DNA of 9,106 nucleotides from a virus (Duplodnaviria; Heunggongvirae; Uroviricota; Caudoviricetes): IMG/VR virus record IMGVR_UViG_2703719349_000001, positions 1 to 9,106 of that record; one strand, 5' to 3'. Shown piece by piece: positions 1 to 6,754 of this stretch (position 1 is its first letter; each line of letters starts with the position of its first letter). The notes under the pieces were generated by a model. It saw only the letters and a program-made list of their open reading frames with translations, ran no database searches and was not told where the DNA came from. The position numbers and the translations under genes were made by a program.

Positions 1-453
1 TTCACCGCCCGCCTGGTAGACCGCTGGCGCGAACTGGAAGAACAAATCCGCAAACCAATGAGCCAGATCGAAATGGTTGCTGCAATGGCGCTTGAAGCTG
101 TTCGCCAACAAAGACGTCTTGAGCAGGAGGAAGAGAAAGTCACCCACGTTACTGAAACTGTCGAACAAATCAAAAGAGGCGCCATACGCGATGGTTATGC
201 AGGCTATCGTCAGCTGGCGGCGAAAACGGGTATGTCAGATGCGAAATGCCGCAATCTGGTGAACGCATATCAGATCCCTACCGACACCCATGAGTTCATG
301 ACGCCGGATGGATTGTTGTCGCGTCGCGCTATTGTTGCTGTGGAACCGTTTATGGCTGCTTTTTATCGGGTTATGGAGGAAGCAGAACCGCGAGGGACTC
401 GCTGGTATTACCCGAAAATGGGGGGATTTCAGGTTATTGGTTGGCAGAAATAA
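1..453 (+). CDS. Hypothetical phage protein, 5'-truncated at window edge (possibly C-terminal part of an antirepressor-like protein)
   Basis: Frame 1 is open from base 1 with no stop until TAA 451-453. I recognise no specific domain. A GGCCGG/CCGGCC stem (458-478) follows the stop. Confidence 0.5.
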   Translation, partial: FTARLVDRWRELEEQIRKPMSQIEMVAAMALEAVRQQRRLEQEEEKVTHVTETVEQIKRGAIRDGYAGYRQLAAKTGMSDAKCRNLVNAYQIPTDTHEFMTPDGLLSRRAIVAVEPFMAAFYRVMEEAEPRGTRWYYPKMGGFQVIGWQK

Positions 454-505
454 GAAAGGCCGGCAGAGAAAACCGGCCAGTCGGGTTTATCGTCGGAGAT
501 ATTAC

Positions 506-1330
506 GTGAAAAACAATATCAAAGTTTTCGATTTTAAATCAAGCACTGGTGAATTGTTGTCATCAGTTCGTAGTGTGGTCATTGATTCAACACCATGGTT
601 TTTTGCCGTGGATATATGTAACGCGCTGGGGCTGACAAATACTGCTATCTCCCTTCAGTCCATCGATGATGAAGATAAAACCGAATATAAGGATTACTTA
701 GGTTCGGGACGTAAGCCTTTGCTGGTCAATGAATCCGGGCTCTATGCGCTGATTATCAAAAGTCGAAAAAAACAGGCAAGACGTTTTAAACGGTGGATTA
801 CATCGGAGGTAATTCCGTCAATTCGTAAAACGGGGAATTACAGTCTTACCACAATGACATCCCTACCAGATTTTAGCGATCCGGCTGCTGCTGCCCGTGC
901 CTGGGCGGATGAATATGAGGCTAAAAACAGAGCAATTAGTTACGTTCATCGTCAGGCCCAATACATCGAACATCTGGAAAATTTATTCCAGCCTGGCATG
1001 ACACCGGTTCAGTTCTGCAAGCAACTTAATGGAGTAAATGTTCAGCGTATCACAGCATTTCTGGAGGCTCACAACTGGCTTTATGACGAGCGTCCTGAAT
1101 CGCGAAGCCCCGCATGGCGTGTAAAGGCATATGCCCGAGATCTGTATCTGACCGAACGTCACCACTATATCGATTCAGGTTATGAAGAAGGGTTTTATTC
1201 GTATACACCAGTTCTTCTCCAGAAAGGGGCGGTCTGGATTTATCGCCAGTATCTTAGAGGTGCATTACCCATGAAGAGAAACTGGAATGGCGAATTCACC
1301 CACGATAAAGAACTGGCGGGTGCTACATGA
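506..1330 (+). CDS. Phage antirepressor, Bro-N N-terminal domain plus KilAC-like C-terminal domain
   Basis: GTG 506 preceded by GGAGA (495-499). N-terminus has the Bro-N pattern (IKVFDF...PWFFAVDICNALGL...ESGLYALIIKSRKKQARRFKRWITSEVIPSIRKTG); C-terminal half resembles KilAC. The ORF track start at 308 overlaps the upstream gene and was not used. Stop TGA 1328-1330 overlaps the next ATG. Confidence 0.8.
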   Translation: MKNNIKVFDFKSSTGELLSSVRSVVIDSTPWFFAVDICNALGLTNTAISLQSIDDEDKTEYKDYLGSGRKPLLVNESGLYALIIKSRKKQARRFKRWITSEVIPSIRKTGNYSLTTMTSLPDFSDPAAAARAWADEYEAKNRAISYVHRQAQYIEHLENLFQPGMTPVQFCKQLNGVNVQRITAFLEAHNWLYDERPESRSPAWRVKAYARDLYLTERHHYIDSGYEEGFYSYTPVLLQKGAVWIYRQYLRGALPMKRNWNGEFTHDKELAGAT

Positions 1331-2190
1331 TTGTTCTCCAAAATATTGATTCCTCAATTTCGGGACGTTACACTGTTCAGGCACCTTATAAAGCGGGTGC
1401 CGGGCGTGGAAACCCGGAATTCACCAAAGCGCACAACCGCGCTTTTGCGGTTTTTTTGTGTCATGAGCAGCATTACGCCCAAATTATGGTGGGGCGTGCA
1501 GGGCCAACTTCGGTTGGGCCGGGTTCTTTGGTGACCGGTATTTCCACCCCTGTACGTCTCACCACCAATAAGGTCGTGGAAAGCCTTGGTGGTGAGTTAT
1601 TAAAAATCACCAAAGAGGCTGCCATCATGGCTACGATCCCAACCCTCACTCAACCTGAAATTGCCATCGTTGATGGTCAGGCTGTTACTTCATCCCTGGC
1701 TGTTGCCAACTTCTTCTCCAAACGTCATGACGATGTACTGAAAAAGATCCGCATTTTGGATTGTTCTCCAGAGTTTTGTGCCCGCAATTTTGCGGAGACA
1801 TCAATTTTGGTACGCCAGCCCAACGGCGGTACTCGCAAACTTCCTTGCTATCAAATAACCCGCGACGGCTTTGCGTTTCTTGCTATGGGCTTCACTGGTA
1901 AACGTGCAGCCAGGTTCAAAGAGGCATACATCAACGCCTTTAACCTGATGGAGAAGAGTTTATCAGGTGCCGATGCGTCTGATATGTCAGCTGTCGCACG
2001 AAACGCCAGAGGCGTATACCTGCATTTGCGTGAAATCCATCAAATCTGGACAAGCCAGCTTTATCCAATGCTTAAGGCTGTTGAATCTCCGCTGGCCAGC
2101 AAACTGTACGACCGTGTTGGTGATGCTGTTTTTGGTGCTGCACTTGTTGATTCCAGGCTGAATGGTTCTGACAAGGAGGTGCGTCCATGA
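1327..2190 (+). CDS. rha: Rha-family phage regulatory protein with unrecognised ~100-aa N-terminal module; strong alternative internal start at 1627
   Basis: ORF open from ATG 1327 (ATGA overlap with upstream stop, weak SD). C-terminal ~185 aa match the Rha pattern (SLAVANFFSKRHDDVLKKI...EFCARNF...YQITRDGFAFLAMGFTGKRAARFKEAYINAFN). Internal in-frame ATG 1627 has a good SD (AAAGAGG 1612-1618). Which start is used is unresolved. Confidence 0.75.
   Translation: MIVLQNIDSSISGRYTVQAPYKAGAGRGNPEFTKAHNRAFAVFLCHEQHYAQIMVGRAGPTSVGPGSLVTGISTPVRLTTNKVVESLGGELLKITKEAAIMATIPTLTQPEIAIVDGQAVTSSLAVANFFSKRHDDVLKKIRILDCSPEFCARNFAETSILVRQPNGGTRKLPCYQITRDGFAFLAMGFTGKRAARFKEAYINAFNLMEKSLSGADASDMSAVARNARGVYLHLREIHQIWTSQLYPMLKAVESPLASKLYDRVGDAVFGAALVDSRLNGSDKEVRP
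1361..1404 (+). repeat. Ultra-conserved 44-nt block (copy 1) inside the N-terminal module of Rha paralog 1; contains GGCACC/GGTGCC hairpin
   Basis: CGGGACGTTACACTGTTCAGGCACCTTATAAAGCGGGTGCCGGG is 43/44 identical to 2221-2264, while flanking sequence is diverged. Confidence 0.85.
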
Positions 2191-2846
2191 TCCGCTTCCT
2201 GAATATTGATTCTGCCATTCCGGGACGTTACACTGTTCAGGCACCTTATAAAACGGGTGCCGGGATTGGCGTCCTAGAATTGCATACGGCGACAATTGGC
2301 GCGTTAGCGTCTTTTTTGTTGCTACAACTCAGCTATACCCAAATTATGGTGGGCTGGGTGGGGGCACCGAAAGGTGCGCCGGTTTCCGTATGCGCCGGTT
2401 ACGCCAACCCTGCTCAGTTCACCACCAGCGAAATTGGCGTTTCCGGTGGTGGAAGTTATCCATTGCATACGGAGGCTGCCATCATGGCTACAGACCCAAC
2501 TTCCCCATACCTGAAAATCGAAGTCGTCAACGGCAAGGCCGTTATTTTCTCCCTGCATGTTGCCTGCCATTTCAAGCGCATGCACCAGAACATCGTCGAC
2601 AAAATCGAGTATCTGAACTGCTCGCGCGAATTTTTTACCCGCAATTTCATACCGGGTACTTATCACATCTATGGTGACTCCCTGCGTGGTTATTACATCA
2701 CCCTTGATGGCCTGATGATGCTTCAGCTTGGGTTAAGTCTACGCACAATGCGGTACTACGAGAGCTGCATTGAAGCATTCCATGAGGCAGGGAACAGCCT
2801 GAATCTTACCGCTTTCCGCCGTAATCAGTGGGAGGCGCGTCCATGA
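2187..2846 (+). CDS. Divergent Rha-family paralog with the same N-terminal module; alternative internal start at 2484
   Basis: ATG 2187 preceded by AAGGAGG (2173-2179), ATGA overlap with upstream stop. C-terminal part keeps the Rha pattern (FSLHVACHFKRMHQNIVDKI...EFFTRNF...YITLDGLMML). Internal ATG 2484 has SD GGAGG (2471-2475). Ends ...WEARP. Confidence 0.7.
   Translation: MIRFLNIDSAIPGRYTVQAPYKTGAGIGVLELHTATIGALASFLLLQLSYTQIMVGWVGAPKGAPVSVCAGYANPAQFTTSEIGVSGGGSYPLHTEAAIMATDPTSPYLKIEVVNGKAVIFSLHVACHFKRMHQNIVDKIEYLNCSREFFTRNFIPGTYHIYGDSLRGYYITLDGLMMLQLGLSLRTMRYYESCIEAFHEAGNSLNLTAFRRNQWEARP
2221..2264 (+). repeat. Ultra-conserved 44-nt block (copy 2) inside the N-terminal module of Rha paralog 2
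   Basis: 43/44 identical to 1361-1404, at the same offset from the start codon (860-nt periodicity). Confidence 0.85.
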
Positions 2847-3037
2847 TTAGTTACGAAATTATTATTTCCACAACTGAATACAGAAACGATGTATCAGTTC
2901 GCACGGATGTATCTGTCTGGCACCGTCGCTATAAATCCAGAAAAACGGCAGAACTGAAAGCGGCAGAGATGTGTGAAACCATCTCAATGAAAGGTAGCCC
3001 GGTTAAATACGTAACTACGGCGGAGGTGCGTCCATGA
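2843..3037 (+). CDS. Small hypothetical protein (64 aa), AT-rich cassette
   Basis: ATG 2843 preceded by GGGAGG (2830-2835), ATGA overlap with upstream stop. Ends with the same -AEVRP tail and junction motif as the Rha genes. No recognisable domain. Confidence 0.5.
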   Translation: MISYEIIISTTEYRNDVSVRTDVSVWHRRYKSRKTAELKAAEMCETISMKGSPVKYVTTAEVRP

Positions 3038-3267
3038 TCCGCCACATCGTTAATTTCCTGTATCACCGATACAACCATTGCCCCCGTGTGGGGCAGTGGT
3101 TCACCACCAGCAACGGCCACGTTCTGCGGGTTTGCCTGGTCAATACAGAAAGCCAGAAGGTTGTCTGCCAGGTTCAGGGACGTACTCATACCCTGAGTTA
3201 TCCGCTGGTGGCGTTTCAGTCCGGAAAAATGTTTAAACGCCTAGGAGGTGGCTATGCGTCCGTCTGA
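3034..3267 (+). CDS. Small hypothetical protein (77 aa)
   Basis: ATG 3034 inside the exact 21-nt junction repeat (3022-3042), SD GGAGG 3022-3026. Several Cys/His (HCPRVGQW...CLVNTESQKVVC). No recognisable domain. Confidence 0.5.
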   Translation: MIRHIVNFLYHRYNHCPRVGQWFTTSNGHVLRVCLVNTESQKVVCQVQGRTHTLSYPLVAFQSGKMFKRLGGGYASV

Positions 3268-4147
3268 TCTTCTGCTCGATTTTGGACATCCGGTTGCTTA
3301 TTACCCTGGGCTCGTTAAATACATGGGAAGTCCGCACGCTGTTATTTTCTTTGGTCAGATTTTTTACTGGCAGGATAAAGCACATGCAGCGGAAGGCGTA
3401 CATAAAACGCGTGAAGAGATACAACACGAAACCGGACTTACATTTGAACAACAGGCTGTAGCGCGTAAGCATCTTGTGTCCAGAGGCATTTTGGTTGAAA
3501 CCAACAAGCGTCTTGAGCACAAAATGTTCTACCGTATAGATTGTGAGCGCCTTAATGAAATTATCAATGAAAACAATCAGTTTTCCCGAAATGGGGAAAC
3601 CCGTTTTCGGGAAACTGTAAAACCCAATTTCGCGGAGGAGGGAAAGCCTTCACCGCGGACACGGGAAACCCCTCGCCGCGGTGAAGGGAAAACCAATTTC
3701 GATCTTACAGAGAATACAACAGAGATTACTTCAGAGAATACTACAGAGAGTAAAAACACTATTGGCGCATCCGCTGACGCGTCTGCACCAGCACGTTCTG
3801 CCCGACAGGAATATTCACCGGAATTTGAACAGGCCTGGCAGGAATATCCCAAACGTGCTGGTGGTAACTCCAAGTCAGCGGCCTTCAAAGCCTGGAAAGC
3901 CCGAATCAGGGAAGGTGTGACACCCGAAACCATGCTCGACGGTGTGAAACGCTATGCCGCCTGGGTGCGTGTCTCTGGAAATACCGGTACCCAGTTCGTG
4001 AAGCAGGCGTCGACGTTCTTTGGACCCGATCGTCATTTCGAGGAATCCTGGCAACAGCCAGCAGCCCCCGGAGGTGGGCGGGGCAAAAGCCTCCCGATCT
4101 CGGGATTCAGTGAACAGGACTACGGCTCAACGAACTTCAACTGGTGA
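3254..4147 (+). CDS. Phage replication initiation / replisome organizer protein (O-like)
   Basis: ATG 3254 with SD AGGAGGTG (3243-3250). Sits directly upstream of the DnaC/DnaB-like pair. Two-domain layout with a low-complexity linker that coincides with an iteron-like DNA repeat array. Assignment rests on context and architecture, not a recognised motif. Confidence 0.65.
   Translation: MRPSDLLLDFGHPVAYYPGLVKYMGSPHAVIFFGQIFYWQDKAHAAEGVHKTREEIQHETGLTFEQQAVARKHLVSRGILVETNKRLEHKMFYRIDCERLNEIINENNQFSRNGETRFRETVKPNFAEEGKPSPRTRETPRRGEGKTNFDLTENTTEITSENTTESKNTIGASADASAPARSARQEYSPEFEQAWQEYPKRAGGNSKSAAFKAWKARIREGVTPETMLDGVKRYAAWVRVSGNTGTQFVKQASTFFGPDRHFEESWQQPAAPGGGRGKSLPISGFSEQDYGSTNFNW
3581..3770. 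repeat. Iteron-like repeat array plus A-rich direct repeats; candidate phage replication origin inside the O-like gene
   Basis: Five GGGAAA(C/A)CC-type repeats (near 3593, 3608, 3639, 3662, 3685); inverted repeat TTTTCCCGAAA/TTTTCGGGAAA (3581-3591 / 3604-3614); 9-bp inverted repeat TCACCGCGG/CCGCGGTGA (3649-3657 / 3675-3683); then A-rich ACAGAGAATAC-type direct repeats (3708-3752). Confidence 0.4.
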
Positions 4148-4166
4148 TTTTGTGGGGAGGGTGAAA

Positions 4167-5057
4167 ATGACTAATTTCCTGAACAAACAACACATGCAAC
4201 ACGACAAAGCGCAGTTACTTAACCGCAAGGCAGACCTGGAAGAGGAGCTGGCATTTGTCCGTGGCGGAAAGCGTCCGTGGCGCTGTGAGCATTGGGTGCA
4301 AAGCACTGAGACGGTGTCCTGCGGGAAACACGGAAAATACACGCGCTATGTGCTGACGGGCCCGGATGTAAGGGGGAAAGCTGTCAAACGGGTGTCCGGT
4401 TGCCTGTCCTGCCTCAGTGAGGAGCTGGGCCGCGTGTATGACGAATTACGCGCCCTGAAGGTTCGTGAATTACTCGATCAGGCCGGTATTGCCCGCCGGT
4501 TCCAGGACTGTGAGTTTGAGAATTATCAGGCGGTGAATACTGACGCACAGAAAAACCTTGAAGCCTGTCAGCGCTATGCCGCTTCCTGGAAGAAATGTCT
4601 CGCTGCAGGCACCAGCATGGTCATGATTGGCAATTGTGGTACCGGTAAAAATCACCTGGCTGTATCAATGGCAAAAAATATTATTCGCCACCACCAGGCA
4701 ACCATAGAAATCACGGATGTAATGCGGCTTACCCGTGCGGTGAAAAATACCTGGCGCCACAACTCTGAGCGCACTGACGATGAAGTGATTAATCATTTTG
4801 CATCGCTGGATCTGCTTATCATCGATGAGGTTGGTGTGCAGTTCGGCACGCCTACAGAGATAACCATCCTGCAGGAAATCATAAATGCGCGTTACGAAAG
4901 CGTTTTACCGACAATTTTGATCAGCAACCTGACGTTTGAACAGCTTAAGGAATCCATTGGTGAACGGATTGTGGATCGCGTTACTAATGGTGGGCGTAAC
5001 TGCCTGGTGTTTGGTTGGGAAAGCTACCGTGCGCATATCAGAGGTGTGGCAGCATGA
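4167..5057 (+). CDS. dnaC: DnaC-like replicative helicase loader (AAA+ ATPase)
   Basis: ATG 4167 with SD GGAGG (4156-4160). Walker A GNCGTGKNHLA matches the DnaC GTGKNHLA signature; Walker B LLIIDEVG. N-terminal region carries a Cys4 arrangement. ORF track start at 4020 overlaps the upstream gene. Confidence 0.9.
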   Translation: MTNFLNKQHMQHDKAQLLNRKADLEEELAFVRGGKRPWRCEHWVQSTETVSCGKHGKYTRYVLTGPDVRGKAVKRVSGCLSCLSEELGRVYDELRALKVRELLDQAGIARRFQDCEFENYQAVNTDAQKNLEACQRYAASWKKCLAAGTSMVMIGNCGTGKNHLAVSMAKNIIRHHQATIEITDVMRLTRAVKNTWRHNSERTDDEVINHFASLDLLIIDEVGVQFGTPTEITILQEIINARYESVLPTILISNLTFEQLKESIGERIVDRVTNGGRNCLVFGWESYRAHIRGVAA

Positions 5058-6454
5058 CAAACCCGACAAATCCGGCGTGGCGTAATTATGACCTGGAAGG
5101 AGCTGTCATCGGTGCGTTTTTTCTGCGTGGGGCTGATCCGGAAGTGATGGATATTCTGGCCACATTGTCGGCGGACGTTTTTTCTGCACGACAGTACCGG
5201 GATATTTACGCGGGAATTTGCAGACAGGCCCGTGTATCCGGCGTCATTGACCCCGTACTGCTGTGCAATGAGATGCCGGAACTTGCCCCGGTGATTACCG
5301 ACACCGGACGCAAAACCTGGGTGAAGTCTTCACTGGAGCACTATGTCGCAGCGTTGCGGCGTAATGCCGCACTGCGCGATGCAGAAAAAACACTGACTGA
5401 AGCATTACAGAATTTACGTGATGCGTATACCTGTGAAGCAGCCGAGGATGCCCTGAAGGATGCGCAGAACATGATGGCCTCACTGTCGACCGGAAAGGGC
5501 GTCATTCAGCCGGTTCACATTGATGATGTCCTTCCGGAAGTGGTCGACCGTGTTGAATGCCGCAATCAGGGACTGGAGAAATCCAGGGCGTTGATGACCG
5601 GTATTGATGAACTGGACGCAAAAACGGGCGGTATGGAGCCAGGCGACCTGGTATTCATTGCGGCCCGTCCTTCGATGGGGAAAACCGAACTTGCGCTGGA
5701 TATCATCGACAAGGTGACTGAGCAGGGGCATGGCGTGCTTCTGTTCACCATGGAGATGGCGAACATTCAGATTGGTGAACGTATGGTGTCTGCTGCCGGG
5801 GGAATGCCGGTATCCCGTCTTAAGTCTGTTGCCCGTTTTGAAGATGAAGACTGGGCGCGTTTCTCACAGGGCGTGGGACGAATGACGGGGCGTAATATCT
5901 GGATGGTGGACCAGGCAAACCTGACCATTGATGAGATATGTGCAACCACGAGGCACCACCGGATGAAACACCCGGAAACGGCGCTGGTGGTGGTCGATTA
6001 CCTCGGCCTGATTAAAACCCGCAGCACGGGGCGTCACGACCTTGCTGTGGGGGAAATCTCAAAGGGACTAAAAAGCCTGGCAAAATCCGGCGGTTTTCCG
6101 CTGATTGCTCTGAGCCAGCTCTCCCGCGGTGTGGAATCCAGACCCAATAAACGCCCCATGAACTCGGACCTGAAAAACTCAGGGGAAATAGAGGCGGATG
6201 CAGACATCATTCTGATGCTTTACAGGGATGAGGTGTACAACCCGGAGACACAGGCGAGAGGCATAGCAGAAATCAACATCACGAAACAGCGTAATGGCAC
6301 GCTGGGTACCATTTACCGGCGTTTTCATAACGGGCATTTTCTGCCTGTGGACCAGGAGAGTGCCCGGATTCTTTCCACTCCCATGACGCCGGGCAATCCG
6401 CGCAGATACAGCAATAACCGCATGTCGGGTAGTAAAACGGAGCGTTTATTTTGA
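5054..6454 (+). CDS. dnaB: DnaB-like replicative DNA helicase
   Basis: ATG 5054 overlaps upstream stop (ATGA), SD AGAGGTG. Walker A AARPSMGKTELALD, Walker B VVVDYLGLI, LSQLSR motif, typical DnaB-family length and layout. Confidence 0.9.
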   Translation: MTNPTNPAWRNYDLEGAVIGAFFLRGADPEVMDILATLSADVFSARQYRDIYAGICRQARVSGVIDPVLLCNEMPELAPVITDTGRKTWVKSSLEHYVAALRRNAALRDAEKTLTEALQNLRDAYTCEAAEDALKDAQNMMASLSTGKGVIQPVHIDDVLPEVVDRVECRNQGLEKSRALMTGIDELDAKTGGMEPGDLVFIAARPSMGKTELALDIIDKVTEQGHGVLLFTMEMANIQIGERMVSAAGGMPVSRLKSVARFEDEDWARFSQGVGRMTGRNIWMVDQANLTIDEICATTRHHRMKHPETALVVVDYLGLIKTRSTGRHDLAVGEISKGLKSLAKSGGFPLIALSQLSRGVESRPNKRPMNSDLKNSGEIEADADIILMLYRDEVYNPETQARGIAEINITKQRNGTLGTIYRRFHNGHFLPVDQESARILSTPMTPGNPRRYSNNRMSGSKTERLF

Positions 6455-6708
6455 ACAACAGAACAACCACTGTTTCACCGGAACAACTTCGTCGGCAGGC
6501 GCAGGAGATGCTTCGTTGTGCTGAACAGATGGAAAAAACGAGCGTGGCAAAAGATACGCTCCGCAAGCAGCTTACTCCGGCGCTTCGTGATCTGCTGCAG
6601 GCAAAACACCGCACACAAAAGGCGGTGGATGAGCTGGTGGATTGCGTGGCGGAACTGGAAGGCCAGGTAAGCCAGTTTGAAACGCTGGTGAAGGAGTTTA
6701 CTGCGTGA
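6451..6708 (+). CDS. Small hypothetical protein (85 aa, predicted helical/coiled-coil)
   Basis: TTG 6451 overlaps the dnaB-like stop (TTGA); weak SD ACGGAG. The first in-frame ATG (6508) has no usable SD spacing. No recognisable domain. Confidence 0.45.
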   Translation: MNNRTTTVSPEQLRRQAQEMLRCAEQMEKTSVAKDTLRKQLTPALRDLLQAKHRTQKAVDELVDCVAELEGQVSQFETLVKEFTA

Positions 6709-6754
6709 TGGCTGAATTTTTTTCTCCTGCGTTCATGCAATACCGTTCGCTGAG

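Noticed and set aside
458-485. GGCCGG/CCGGCC stem-loop after the first gene as an intrinsic terminator
   Set aside because: The stem is real but the 9-nt loop and absence of a proper U-tract make it a weak terminator. It may be only an mRNA-stabilising hairpin.
308-505. Upstream extension of the antirepressor ORF to ATG 308 (and similar 5' extensions at 4020, 5015, 7754, 8329)
   Set aside because: The extensions overlap the preceding genes, encode low-complexity sequence and lack ribosome-binding sites. Internal starts with an SD and stop/start overlap fit better.
1327-2846. Diversity-generating retroelement (template/variable repeat) explanation for the tandem repeat
   Set aside because: No reverse transcriptase in the window, and the differences between copies are not adenine-specific; they affect all bases in blocks separated by identical segments.
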